The notes: a model not told the origin generated them from the sequence alone. 64,000 nt of DNA from Mobula hypostoma (GCF_963921235.1 NC_086097.1:109680001-109744000), one strand, 5' to 3'; shown: positions 11,955 through 25,029, counted from the stretch's first letter. Numbers and translations: made by a program.

Positions 11955-12914
11955 TGGTGAGTGAGTTCAGTAATGGTATATCCTTGGGAATTCACCTTTT
12001 CTGGAATGTGTTCAGCTATTTTGTTTGGCTTTTGATTGAATTTGGACAAACACGAGGTGTTGCACTCTGAGGTTAAACCAAGGCAAGATTTGCTGAGTAA
12101 ATAGTGAAGACTTAAAAGAGTGTTGTAGAACAGAGTCTTAGGGTTACAAGCACATATTTATCAGAAAGTGCAAACACAAGTAGGAGGGGACCTTAACCAT
12201 TTCCTCTAGCAGCGTGTCCATACACTACCCTCTGTATAAAAAAAAATTGCCCTATTAAATCTTTCCCCTTTCATTTCAGACATATGTCCTCTAACTTTTG
12301 ATCCTCAACTCGGGAAAAAGACTCTGGTTAGAAGTAGAATTCCTTATCTTTTTGAAAAAAACATCCAGGAATCACGACCTCTAGCTCTGCCAATCTGGTA
12401 CTGCAAAGCTGGGTACTTCTTTCTTTGACCAGGACAGAGAGAATGAGCCAAGTGGCTTCCCCACATTTTCTATGGTGCCACATATGCTGCGCAGGAGGAG
12501 CCATAGGAATTCAGCTAGGGTTGCAGCAGGAAGTTGTTTGGAAGCTCTCTGTGAGGTGATGAGTTCAGACTTAGAATATTTGCTCATTGGAGAAGACCAG
12601 TCCATGTGCTCTTCCAGGCCGAAAGACGAGTTGATAACCTTCTTCCTTAAGAATAGATTTGAGTGATCTCCTTTAAGAGGCAGCGAACAAGATCATGAGA
12701 TGTGATTGAAATCGTTAGCAGCATCTTGCAAAAATACTGGTGCTAACAACTTTGGTGCAGCTGTGACTCAACCTCCACTACGAAAGCAGCAAATACCAGA
12801 CGGGTAATTTTGCTAGGCGTTATAAAGAGTTCAGAGATTTTAGTGAGGACAAAGTTTGAGTGATGTTTCTTTTAGTCGCATGTTTTCATAGGAAACAGAG
12901 CTAGTAAAAACTGA

Positions 12915-13091
12915 AACAACAGGAATTCTGCAGATGCTGGAAATTCAAGCAACACACTTCAAAGTTGCTGGTGAACGCAGCAGGCCAGGCAGCATCTCTA
13001 GGAAGAGGTACAGGCCTGAAACGTCGACTGTACCTTTTCCTAGAGATGCTGCCTGGCCTGCTGCGTTCACCAGCAACTTTGATGTGTGTTG
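12915..13091. mobile_element. Fold-back PLE-derived mini-element
   Basis: 13-bp TSD TAGTAAAAACTGA (12902-12914 / 13092-13104); 64-bp inverted arms 12950-13013 and 13028-13091. Confidence 0.9.
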
Positions 13092-13920
13092 TAGTAAAAA
13101 CTGATCTGAGGATAAATAGGAAATTCTGCCCGGTAAGGTTGAAGATTTCACCAGAGATGATTTTCTTTTTTACTGCAGTACTGTTAAATACCATTAGAGG
13201 TGATATAGTACTACAGAAAGGGGCTTAGAAGAACTGATGGAAAATGGAGATAAATTTCTCTGTTGTCCAAAAATGTGCAAAAACTCACTTCCAAACAGAC
13301 CACCGAATTACACGATAAAGGAAATTACATTAATAGAACTAGAAAATGAAGCCCCGGCACTGAATATTTAAGAGAAGGTATTCAAAAAAATTAAGTGTCA
13401 TAAGTTGATGGTCAAAGAAATGACACTCAAACACATGGCATCACAGCACATGGTACTCAAGCACATAATTTTTTGTAATGAGAAAGAAATTAGGTATGTC
13501 TGGAAAGACATGCTAGAGATATGACATACCATTAACCTCTACCTCTTTGAGTCAATGCAGTTGGAATTTGAGCTCCTCCACTATTATAATAATGACAGAG
13601 TCCAGCTGGTACTAACTATGTTTCTTGGTGCATCAGGACAGTCCCACCTGGTGCAATTTCATGACTGTCTCGTGCCAGCTGAAGCTGGCTGAAGCATGCC
13701 TACACTTCTTAAGTGGAGGTTTCCATTGTCTCTTATCTTAGGACCTCAGTGGAAGCAAGATTGAAAAGCAGCAGAGTGAGACCTTGCACTCTTCCAATGC
13801 CTTACATCTCCACATCTCATTAAATACCACTCTGAAATCCCAACAAATACTAATAGTAGCCATCACACTATCACACATTTACCTCCACTCTAAACCTCAA
13901 CGTGCAAATCTCACAAGTAG

Positions 13921-14134
13921 CACACATAAGATGCTGAAGGAACTCAGCAGCTCAGGCAGGACCTATGTAGAGGAATAAAGTGTCCGCATTTCAGGCCAAA
14001 AACTTCATCAGGACTTTCGGAACTAAACATCAACATTTCAATCCTCACCATAGACGCTGCCTGACCTGCTGAGATCCTCCAGCACGATGTGTGTGTGTGT
14101 TACTCTGGATTTCCAGCATCTGTAGAATCTCTTG
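13921..14134. mobile_element. Older fold-back PLE-derived element (second subfamily)
   Basis: GGAACTCAGCAG..GGCAG arm and its reverse complement CTGCCTGACCTGCTGAG; decayed hammerhead core on the minus strand at ~13985-14015. Confidence 0.7.
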
Positions 14135-14267
14135 GGCAAATCTCATAGTCTGCACACTACTCCAGTTATTCAACAATGAGAGACATACTGTATCACCTGG
14201 ACACCTTAAAGATGTGTTTAATGCACTTCCCTCTGTCACACAGAGTAAGACACAGAACTGGTACAAT

Positions 14268-14500
14268 GGTGACACAGTGGTTAAGTTACCAATCTAGTAA
14301 CTCAGTTAACAGTCTAGAGACCAGGGTTCAATCCGACTCTGGAGACAGTTGAATTTAAATTTCCATTATTAATCCCAAATCTGCAAAACAACACAGAGTT
14401 TTATTAATGACGATTACAAAATCTACCAAGTTATTGTCAGTGCCCATCTGGTTCACTAACCTCATCTGTGGATGGATCTGCCATCTTTGCATGGCAGCTC
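14268..14500 (+). mobile_element. Old tRNA-derived SINE
   Basis: GTGGTTAAG...GGGTTCAATCC head and CCCATCTGGTTCACTAA body; family recalled from memory. Confidence 0.45.
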
Positions 14501-14830
14501 TAACCTCTGAATGAGAATTTAGTTTGCTGAAATCAAACAGTTGCACTGCATATTAGTGTTCAAGCAGTCCTTTGGGTGTCACCATACTTCAGCAACTTTT
14601 TCCCCAAAGGAAATTATAAGTATTACTATGGTCCAGAGAGAACGTGCTACAGTTGGACCAAGGAGGACAAACTAGTCTTCCTCCCTCAGAATTAAAGTCA
14701 ACATTAATGACTCGTACCGATGTCCTTGACATTGTCAGTTTGCCAGATAATGCAGAATACTGCTGCTCATAGTGAGACGATTCCATCTAAAGTCAATCTA
14801 TCTCAGGCTAGATAAGGTCTGGCTCGTCCA

Positions 14831-14884
14831 TCAGATCAATTTGCAGCCTCCTTTGCTGCAGTGGTTGTAGATGCTGGAGGAGGC
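14831..14884 (-). CDS. Candidate terminal coding exon (phase 0: ASSSIYNHCSKGGCKLI*)
   Basis: Strong acceptor CTGCTCTCTCTGTCCTACACAG in non-repeat sequence; ends in a CaaX-like CKLI. Another phase reads LLQHLQPLQQRRLQIDLMDEPDLI*. No homology established. Confidence 0.25.
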   Translation of the reverse strand, partial: ASSSIYNHCSKGGCKLI

Positions 14885-14984
14885 CTGTGTAGGACAGAGA
14901 GAGCAGGTAACTGCTAGACAGTGCATCAGAATGACTGGTCACTAATTGTTTTTTATCATTAGATATATAAATATTGCTTCAGAT

Positions 14985-15525
14985 TTATTTATCAAATATA
15001 CATCAAAACATACAGTGAAATGCGTCATTTGTGTTAACAATCAACACAGCCAAGGATGTGCTGGGGGCAGCCCACAAGTGTCACCACATATCCTGGCACC
15101 AAAATAGCAGAGACACAGTGCTTTGCAGAAGAACAAAGAGCTCTTCAAGACAAAACACAACAAGCAGCAAAACAAAAGCAAAAACATCAAAACAAGCCCC
15201 TTTCCTCCCTCCCACCCACCCAATGCATGAACAGTCCTCCAACTCCATGACTTCAACTTCTGGACGACTGATTGATCTTTGGGATTCACTCTTCCATATC
15301 ATCCCTGACCCGGAACTCCAGGTTTGAACTCCAGGCACACCAACCAACCAGCCCTTGTGCTTCCTGGTGGCTGGCCTTTGAGTGCAGAGCAGAGTCTTGA
15401 ACTGCAATGTCCTTCGTCACCCGCCCACCTCATTGGACTTCGAAAACTGAACCTAGAGCAGACTTAAAAAACAAGTTTAGTCTGAGCCATGATCTTGACA
15501 GAGACTGCAGCTCGAAACCGTCATG
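14985..15525 (-). mobile_element. Non-autonomous retroposon, family of 700-2405
   Basis: Shared tail (CAGTGAAATGCGTCATTTGTGTTAAC..GGATGTGCTGGGGGCAGCCC) and head (GAGACTGCAGCT). Confidence 0.55.
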
Positions 15526-15838
15526 AAAATCAATATATTTTTTGATTGATGATTTACTTGAATCCTGAATTATATACTAGAACTTTGAGATGATGCAGTA
15601 GATGGGCCACACCACTGAAGTCCAATAGGCTCCATCGATCGAGCTCTGCCGAATTACTCACTTACATTCTTTCCTTTCCTGCGACATATTAGCTATTCTG
15701 AAGGGGACAGTTCTCTTGCTTCTTATTTTCCCCTGCAACATTTACTAATTAAAATTGTAATTCATGACATTTTGGCCAATGGCAGGGTCCCAGAAAAAGT
15801 GAGCAGGTTTTAAGTGAAAACTTATAGTCTCACATGAC

Positions 15839-15968
15839 CAGCAACACACATAAAAATTGCTGGTCAACGCAGCAAGCCAGGCAGCATCTGTAGGAAGAGG
15901 TACAGTCAATGTTCGGGCCGAGACCCTTTGTCAGGACTCCAGCATCTGTAGATTTCCTCGTCTTTGCA
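15839..15968. mobile_element. PLE mini-element with internal inversion
   Basis: 11-bp TSD TCTCACATGAC (15828-15838 / 15969-15979); inverted hammerhead-bearing segment followed by a sense 3' terminus. Confidence 0.8.
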
Positions 15969-17034
15969 TCTCACATGACTAATTCACACCCCCTTAAGCC
16001 TCCCTCCCTGGTCTCAGCTGAGGATGGAAAAGGAACTCAGGACACTCATGGTGCGGTACCACCTCTCCATCCCATTTGCCACATCCACTGCAACATCTAC
16101 AACCTCTATCACAGGTACTGAGCCAGGTGTCAACCTCACCCCTTCCCATGAATCAAAATGCTCACAACATCATTCCTGTGGATTTTGGAGCCCACTCCGA
16201 AGATGTCATTTCAGAGCCATGGTTCCCCTGCCTGCTCCCAGGCACAGATCACGTCTGGAGTGTTCCATGCTTGACACGAAGCTAAAAACTGTCTACCAAA
16301 TCATTTTCTTCTGGACTGAAAAGTGGATTGGAAAGAGTATATATATTCTTGGAGTTGAACATGAATTCCACAGAATCAGAGAGTTGCTGAGGAGCAGAAG
16401 GACCCATTCAACCCATGCAAGTCTCTGCCAGCTCCTAAAACAGCAAACTTGACAGTCCTGTTCCCTCAACTTGTAGACTCCGAACCACGACGTAAAACTT
16501 TACAAATAAATTGCAACTTGAAACACTTATTCCAGGGAAAATCAAGGGCACTATTTCAATGTAAGGAAGCTGCTGATGCAGCCCTCCTTTCATGCTTCTA
16601 GAGGGTTCTATTGTGAACACAGTCCTCAGTATGGTTAGTTGACTGGCTTTAGTGAATCCGTTGTCATTCTCACATGAGTGTTAGCAACTCCTGTTAGCTG
16701 AAGGGCAATTCATGTTTGGAGGTTGCAAGGCAAGTGAATTATTTCTAGATGAAAGAGTTTTCAATTTGTATTCTTGTAGGTTAAATTTCATTAGGTAATT
16801 TAACATCACCAGATGTACATCACCAAATGATAAAGGGCAAATGATATTTTAATGATTATAAGTAACGAAAAGCAACAACCATATAGTTGCCATGAAAATA
16901 GCTTTCATGTTAATGGGCATATGAAATCTGAGCTACTGTTACAGGGTAATTAAGATACTGACCTTCAGCTACGGTACAACAGACTAATGTTTGTGAAACA
17001 TTAAACACTTCATATTCCCTAAATATAAACTTAC

Positions 17035-17064
17035 CTGAGAACAGTCAACTAATAATGAGGATGG
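17035..17064 (-). CDS. Candidate 30-nt micro-exon (PSSLLVDCSQ)
   Basis: Consensus donor CAG|GTAAGT; weak acceptor TTTGCAG; phase compatible with 14831-14884. Confidence 0.15.
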
Positions 17065-17924
17065 CTGCAAATTTTAACCCAGATTATGTACAGTACTGTA
17101 AAAGAACACTGTGCAGTGGAGGGCGCTCTCAGCTTTTCAATGAGATTTGCAAAGCAGCCATAATCCAGAGAAATTGGAGGTGCTAAAATTGAGTTGTAAC
17201 ACATGAGTTGGCTGGAGCTGTTTGGTCCTGTAGCTGTTGCACAAGAAACTTCCCTGCACGTATGAAAATGGAAAATAAACTATTCAGGTCAGAGGACTCT
17301 GAGGCTCATCGTGGAAGGGGAATGTCAAGCAGAGCAAAATGATAGGAGGTGTAATAGAGGGACAGGATGCCAGGACTGTGTGGTGCCATCTGGGTGCCAG
17401 GGTTGATGATGTCTCAGAGCAGCTGCAGAATGTTCTCAAGAGGGCAGATGTGCAGACAGGGGTCATGGTGCACATTGGTACTATAACATAGATGGAAAGG
17501 GGCAAGAAGTACTAAAGTTTGGGAGTTAGGGAAGAGGCAGAAAAGCAGGATGTCGATTATTCCTGGTGCCATGTGTTAATCAGGGCAGGAATATAGAGAT
17601 AGAACGGATGAACATGTAGCGAAGAAATTGGTGCAGGGGCCATGGTTTCAGGTCCTTGGACCATTGCACCACTTTTTTGGGGGGCAGAGATGACAATAGA
17701 GGGATAGGCTGTGCATGAACTGGAGGGAAACCAATATCCTGGTCAGGACATTTGATAGTTCTATTGGGAAGGTTTAAGTTAGTTTGGCAGGGGGTTGGGA
17801 AACAAAGTACCAGGTTAGAAGTGGAGGGCTTGAGAGGAAGGTAGATGTCAGGGCCAGTAAGAAGAGGGAGGAGTGAGATAATAGTCATAATGGGTCAAAG
17901 TGTGTGTATTTTAATACTAAGAGT

Positions 17925-19405
17925 CCTCATTGTCCACGGGAATGGTACTGGAGGATTGGAGGGAGGCGAATGTTGTCCACTTGTTCAAAAAGGGTAGTAG
18001 GGGTAATTATAGATTATTATAATTATAATTATAGCCTGGGTAATTATAGACCAGTAAGCCTTACGTCTGTGGTGGGAAAGCTGTTGGAAAAGATTCTTAG
18101 AGATAGGATCTATGGGCATTTAGAGAATCATGGTCTGATCAGGGACAGTCAGCATGGCTTTGTGAAGGGAAGATCGTGACTAATAAGTCTGATAGAGTTC
18201 TTTGAGGAGGTGACCAGGCATATAGATGAGGGTAGTGCAGTGGATGTGATCTATATGGATTTTAGTAAGGCATTTGACAAGGTTCCACATGATAGTCTTA
18301 TTCAGAAAGTCAGAAGGAATGGGATCCAGGGAAGTTTGGCCAGGTGGATTCAGAATTGGCTTGCCTGCAGAAGGCAGAGGGTCGTGGTGGAGGGAATATA
18401 TTCAGATTGGAGGATTGTGGCTAGTGGAGTCCCACAAGGATCTATTCTGGGACCTCTACTTTTTGTGATTTTTATTAACGACCTGGATGTGGGGGTAGAA
18501 GGGTGGGTTGGCAAGTTTGCAGACGACACAAAGGTTGGTGGTGTTGTAGATAGTGTAGAGGATTGTTGAAGATTGCAGAGAGACATTGATAGGATGCAGA
18601 AGTGGCCTGAGAAGTGGCAGGTGGAGTTCAACCCAGAGAAGTGTGAGGTGGTACACTTTGAAAGGACAAACTCCAAGGCAGAGTACAAAGTAAATGGCAG
18701 GATACTTGGTAGTGTGGAGGAGCAGAGGGATCTGTGGGTACATGTCCACAGATACCTGAAAGTTGCCTCACAGGTAGATAGAGTAGTTAAGAAAGCTTAT
18801 GGTGTGTTAGCTTTCATAAGTCGAGGGATAGAGTTTAAGAGTCGCAAGGTAATGATGCAGCTCTATAAAACTCTGGTTAGGCCACACTTGGAGTACTGTG
18901 TCCATTTCTGGTCACCTCACTATAGAAAGGATGTGGGAGCATTGGAAAGGGTACAGGGTAGATTTACCAGGATGCTGCCTGGTTTAGAGAGTATGCATTA
19001 TGATCAGAGATTAAGGGAGCTAGGGCTTTACTCTTTGGAGAGAAGGAGGATGAGAGGAGACATGATAGAGGTGTACAAGAGAATAAGAGGAATAGATAGA
19101 GTGGATAGCCAGCGCCTCTTCCCCAGGGCAGCACTGCTCAATAGAAGAGGACATGGCTTTAAGGTAAGGGGTGGAAAGTTCAAGGGGGATATTAGAGGAA
19201 GGTTTTTTACTCAGAGAGTGGTTGGTGTGTGGAATGCACTGCCTGAGTCAGTGGTGGAGGCAGATACACTAGTGAAGTTTAAGAGACTACTAGACAGGTA
19301 TATGGAGGCATTTAAGGTAGGGGCTTATATAGGAGGCAGGGTTTGAGGGTCAGCACAACATTGTGGGCCGAAGGGCCTGTAATGTGCTGTACCATTCTAT
19401 GTTCT
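17925..19405 (+). mobile_element. 5'-truncated CR1 LINE (RT and 3' end)
   Basis: ORFs 17904-18179, 18210-18569 and 18573-19346 contain [15 protein letters not shown] and FADD; TTCTATG tail. Confidence 0.92.
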
Positions 19406-20858
19406 AGTATTAACATAAGAATAATGAACTCTGAACTGTGACATTGTGATCTGTATAGATGTTTTGTTGAAAGTGGGACAGGAATGATATTTAATACCCC
19501 AGGGTTTTGATGGCTTAGAAAGCACAGAGAAGGGGGTAAAAGAGGAGGGTGGAGCTGTATGATTAATCATGGACAAAATCATAGTTGCATAATAAAGGGC
19601 TCATCCACTAAGTGCATTCGGGTAGAACTCAAACATAAGAAAGGTACCATCACTCTGATTGGATAATAGTGCAGACGTTCCCCCTGCCCCCAAAACCACT
19701 CTGACATTGAGGAACAGATATGCAAGCAGATTGGGGAAAGATGTAAAAACAAAAAGGTTGTTGTCATAGGTGACATAAACTTGCCCAATGTAGACTGGGA
19801 CTGGGACCTTGTTAGTGCAAGAGGTTTAGATGAGACAGAATTTGTTAGGTGATTCAGCAGGGTGGGGGGGGTGTGGTTCTTAAATCAATCTGTAAACAGT
19901 TCATCAAGAAGAGAGGTCTTACTGGATCCAGTGTTGGCAGAGGAGCCTGGCCAGGTGACCAACATTTTCGTCGGAGAACATTTTGAGAGCAGTGACCACA
20001 ACTCCTTAAATTTTAAGACTGCTATTTATATATAAGGATAAAAATGGACCTTGCAGGGGAGTATTAAGCTGGAACAGGTCAAATTACAAGAGAATTATGC
20101 AGGAACTAGGGAAAGTTAATTAGGAACAGCTGTTTCTGGGCAAGTCCACATCTGACATATGGAGGGCGTTTAAAATCCAACTGTACAGAGGACAGAGCAG
20201 GTATGTTCCAGTAGGAAGGACAAGGATAGCAATGTAAGGGAACCTTGGATATTGAGAGAGGTGGTGAATTTAGTCAAGAAGAAAAAGAAACCATACGTAA
20301 GGTTTATGAAGCTAAAATCAAATGGAGCCCTAGAGGATTATAAAGAAGTTAGAAATTAACTCAAGAAATGAATTGGGAGAATCAGGAGAAGCCATGAAAA
20401 GTCCTTAGCAAGTTTGATCAAAGAGAATCCCGAAACATTCTATACATACATCAACGACAAGAGGATAACTAGGGAGTGGGTAGGATCACTCAAGGAAAAA
20501 GGAGAAAACCCATGCCTGGAGGCAGAGGATGCAGGGGAGGTCCTAAATAAATATTTTTGTGTTGGGATTTAGCAAGGAGGAGAACGTGGAGGACAGTGAG
20601 ATCAGTATAGAGTGTATTAATATGCTTGGACATTTTGAGATAAAGAAGAAAGTAGTTTTGCGTCTCTTGATAAACATTAAGGTGAATAGGTTCCCTGTGC
20701 CTGATGGGATATACTCCAGGTCATTGAGAGAGGCAAGAGATGAAACTGCTAATATCTTCATATGTCCTCTCTAGGCACAAGCGAGATCCAAGAGGACTGG
20801 TGAGTAGTTAATATTGTTCTATTTTTCAAGAAAGGAAATAATCTTGGAAACTACAGAC

Positions 20859-20938
20859 CAGCAATTTCCAGCCTTTTTTAAGCCATGGAGCATTACCATT
20901 AACCAAGGGGACTGTGGAACCTAAGTTGGAAACCTCTG
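20859..20938. mobile_element. Decayed hAT-type MITE
   Basis: Imperfect ends CAGCAATTTCCAGCC / AGTTGGAAACCTCTG; no clear TSD. Confidence 0.4.
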
Positions 20939-21187
20939 CATTAATGAGTCTCAGGTATGGGGAAAGTTAGTTATTGGATTCTTAGGAATAGGATTTATAA
21001 ACATTGTAAAACCATGGCTTAGTTTACTTAGAGACAGTCAACGTGGCTTTGTGTGAAGCATCTCACATTTTACTAACCTGATTGAGTTTTCAACAGGTGA
21101 CAAAGATGCTTGATAAAGTAAGAGCTGTAGATGTAATCTTCGTGAATTTTAGCAATGTCTTTATGGTAGGCTCATCCAGAAGACTAC

Positions 21188-21662
21188 AATCATAAAATCA
21201 TAAGACAGAGGAACAGAAATAGGCTATTCGGTCCATCAAGCTTATTCCATCATTTCATTATGACTGATGCATTTCCATGCCTTCTCCCCATAACCTTTCA
21301 CACACTGACTAATCAAAAACCCATCAGCCTCCACTTTAACTACACCCAATCCCCTGACCTCCACAGCTGCCTGTGACAATATCTTCCCAACTCCTGAAGA
21401 AAGGCTAACTGGCCTATAATCTCTTTTCTTCTGCTCTCTTTCTTCTTGAAGAGTGGAGTGACATTTGCAATATTCCAGTCCTCCGGAACTATGCCAGAAT
21501 CCATTGATTCTTGAAAGAATACTAACACCTCTACAATCTCTTCAGCTACCTCTTTCAGAGCCCTGGGGTGTAGTCCATCTGGTTCAGGTGAGTTATCTAC
21601 CTTCAGACCTTTCATTTTCCCAAGGACCTTCTCACTAGTAATAGCAACTGCACTCACTCCTG
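21188..21662 (-). mobile_element. CR1 fragment with internal deletion
   Basis: SPEPDGLHPRALKEVAEEIV..PEDWNIANVTPLFKK fused to a 3' UTR. Confidence 0.8.
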
Positions 21663-21664
21663 CG

Positions 21665-22022
21665 GGTCCAATCTGGGCCCAACATATTGATGCAGCTATA
21701 AAGAAGGCAAGATAGTGACTATATTTCATTAGGAGTTTGAAAGGATTTGGGTTGTCACTTAAATCACACAAAAACTTCTATAGGTATACCATGGAGAGCA
21801 TTCTGACATGCTGCATCTCTGCCTGGTGGGGTGGTGGGGGTAAAATTAGTCAGCTCCATCTTGGGTACTAGCCTCCATAGTATCCGAGTACACTCCATAG
21901 TATACTGTAATTTTATTTACTTTTTTTCTTTCTATATTATCATATATTGCATTGAACTGCCGCTGCTAAATTAACAAATTTCACAACACGTGCCAGTGAT
22001 AATAAACCTGATTCTGAATCTG
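21665..22022 (+). mobile_element. Rex1/Babar-like 3' fragment
   Basis: CTGGGCCCAACATATTGATGC..; tail GTGATAATAAACCTGATTCTGAATCTGA. Confidence 0.7.
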
Positions 22023-22029
22023 AGCATTG

Positions 22030-22531
22030 CATTCAAAATTTTGGTTGCCCTGTTACAGGATTGATGTGGAGGCTTTGGGGAGTTGCAGAAGATGTTTACC
22101 AGGAATTGCCTGGATTGGAGAGTATGTGTTATGAGGAGAGATTTGACAAACTAGGTTAGTCTTCTCTAGAGTGGTGGAGGCTAAGCGGAGACCTGATGGA
22201 AGTTTACAAGGTTATGAAAGCCACAGATACAGTAGCCAGTTGGTATCTTTCTCCCAGGGTCATAAGGTCTAATACCAGAGGGCATGCATTTAAGGTGAGA
22301 ACAGATAAGCTCAAAGAAGATGTGCAGGGCAAGATTTTTACACAGAGAGTGGTAGGTCCCTTGAATGAACTTGGAGGCAAATATAAAAGGCTTTTAGAAA
22401 GGCACATGAATGTACAGAGATAGGGATGCTTTGAACATTTTACAGCCAGAACTGATTAGGCATTTAATTACTAGTTTAGTTAGCTCAACACAATATGCTG
22501 GGCCAAAGGATCTGTTCCTGAACTGTGCTAT
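22030..22531 (+). mobile_element. CR1 3' fragment
   Basis: NTRGHAFKV..FTQRVV motif. Confidence 0.75.
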
Positions 22532-23122
22532 TGTAATGGGCTGGGCTGATTAGACTGAAAAATCCAAACCAATTCACATGACCAGGGCATGTGGTAATAA
22601 GCATACAAGCACAACAAAGTAACTTAAGCCTCATTTATTATCATAAAACAGAAAGCACAAATAAACCACACTAAATACTACATAGTCTGTTACAAAGATT
22701 TCTATAGAGATTCTAGGGCTCACAATTCGTAGTCTGCATTTAATTGTTGCTGTTGTCAGGGGAACTTCAAATTCCAACACTTGCAATCATCCTGCGTCTG
22801 TCTTAGGTATCAAACCATCACAATTCCTCAGTCCAGGTAAAGTCCCGAGAACCGAGTGAAAGGTGTCTCAATAAATAGAGGTTCTATCCACAAGCAAAGT
22901 GAGACTCACAGAAACAGACAAGCTACTTAAACTTTTGTTCTCATGTCTCTGTGCCAGAGACCAGAAAGAATCCAGCCACTATTAGCAAACATTTAACAAA
23001 CCTTCAGTGTTTAACTTGTACAGACACCTTAAATGTTGTAGGCTCACAAAGAGTTAAAGTGTCACTTAGAATTGTTCAGACTTACATCTAATATTTTCAC
23101 AAAAATTCAATATACCACAACA
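22532..23122 (-). mobile_element. Possible solo LTR
   Basis: TGT...ACA ends interrupting a CR1 tail; minus-strand AATAAA at ~22634; TSD not clear. Confidence 0.35.
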
Positions 23123-23399
23123 CAGTTGTTCTATGATCTGGTGCAACAAGGCCCGATGCAAGCACAAGGAAAACACGGCATAATTACATCAGGCACATTG
23201 CAGCCTGCAAGACGTAATATCAAATTCTCCAACTTTAGATAGTACTTTCTTTCTTTGTGTATCAGGACTAGCCATTTTTGTCTGCCATTCACCATGTTGT
23301 CTGATATCAATATAGGAGCAAGTGTTATGATCCATAATTATATCTCACAACATTTGGAATTCAGTAAGCAACTCAGTCAGAATCAGCAACAATGTATTA

Positions 23400-24025
23400 A
23401 AAGTAAACATAGTTTGAGGGTGTAACTAGTTGAGAGGATGTGGAGAAATTAATAAATGTAGTGTCCTTGGACATTCACAAGGATTTTGATAAGGAGTCCA
23501 CAGCTCCTAGAAAATGACCACCCAAGGAAAAACAGTGTATAAAGTATATGGTATTCTTGTCTTCATCAGTTATGGCACTGAGTAATGTGATATTTCATCT
23601 ATATAAAACTTTGCTTGGGCCCCATTTGGAGTGCTGTGTACAATTCTGGTTGCCCATTACGAGAAGAATCTAGAGGCTTTCGAAAGGGTGTAGAAGAGGT
23701 TTACCAGGATGCTGGTTAGAGGGTATGAGCTACAAGGAGAGGCTAAACAATCTTGTGTTTTCACTGGAGCAATGGAAGCTGAGGGGAGATATGATAGAAT
23801 TTTGATTTTAATTATGAAAGGAATAGATAGAATTTGGTTTTTAATTATGAAAGGAATAGATTAGGAGCTTCTTTCCCAGGATAGAAATTTCAAATACTTG
23901 AGGATATACAATGAAGATGAGAGGGCGAAAGTTCAAAGGGACGTGCAGGGCAAGTTATGTAGGGTGCAGATATTCTGGACTGAAAGGCCTGTTCCTGCAT
24001 CTTACTCTTCCATACTCTATGTCCT
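23400..24025 (+). mobile_element. Old CR1 fragments
   Basis: CATTTGGAGTGCTGTGTACAATTCTGG and GAGGTTTACCAGGATGCTG motifs; ~35-bp tandem duplication at ~23792-23861. Confidence 0.65.
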
Positions 24026-24255
24026 ACCTGAGAGGCTGGAGCTCACACCTATCCAGATCAGATCATTCATCCACTTGAAATACAACCAACTAGCTTCTCT
24101 ACTGTTAATTTTTCAGCGTATTCTGAATCTCAAATGGTAGATCCTTTGTTATGATCCCAGAGAATGTTGTTCCTTGATAAATACTGATGCAAACTACTAA
24201 TTTAGTGCCCCAGCTACTTTCTCTACCTTCTCTGTCTGAGGGACAGGGTTTATTT

Positions 24256-24699
24256 CACGGCCTCCTCCTGTGCCAAGATGAAGCCATCCTCAGGGCAGGG
24301 CAGCTAATATTCTCTCTGGATAGTCTCCAACCTGATGGTATGAATATTGATTTCTCCTTCCAGCAATTTTTTCCCTCCTCCTCCCCTCTTCTTCTATTCC
24401 CCACTTACCTCTTCTCAGCTGCCTATCACTTCCCTTCCTCCTTCCCATTCTCCTATGGTCCACTCTCCTCCCTTTTCAGATTCCTTCCTCTCCAGCCCTT
24501 TATCTTTCCCACCCACTTGGATTCACCTATCACCTTCTAGCTGGCTTCCTTCCCTCCCCCACCACATTTTTATTCTGTCATCTTCCCCTTCCTTTCCAGT
24601 GCTGATGAAAGGTTTCGGCCCAAAACAGTGACCGGTTATTTATTACCATAGATACTGCCTGACCTGCTGAGTTCCTCCAGCATTTTGTGTGTGATGCTT
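24256..24699 (+). mobile_element. PLE 3' fragment (end of GIY-YIG, pyrimidine-rich 3' UTR, decayed hammerhead)
   Basis: HGLLLCQDEA..SLQPDGMNIDFS; TSD AGGGTTT(A/G)TTT (24245-24255 / 24700-24710). Confidence 0.8.
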
Positions 24700-25029
24700 A
24701 GGGTTTGTTTTCATTTGGAAAGGTAAGGAATGCTGAGGGATAGTTATTGTATCTTTGTGCATAGAAAGTCATGCTTCAAAAATTTGAGGATTTTCGAGGG
24801 AATTTAGAAAGGAGCTTAGGTCATAAGGGATCCAGGATGAGCTAGCCAAATGGATTCAAAACTGGCCTGATGGTAGGAAACAGAGGATGGGTAATAGATG
24901 ACTGTTTATCAGGTTAGAGATTGTACCAATGGATTGCCATAGGGATTGGTGCTGCATCCTCTGTTTTTATTATATATAGTCATTGATTTGGATGAGAATG
25001 TAGGTGGCCTAATTAAAAAATTTACAGAA

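Larger units (their letters stand above)
17285..21185 (+). mobile_element. Old long CR1 with ORF1 (esterase-like) remnant and ORF2, interrupted at 17925-19405
   Basis: GARVDDVSEQLQ..VHIGT remnant at ~17390-17480; endonuclease remnants (VIGDINLP, SDHNSL) at 19750-20010. Confidence 0.7.
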
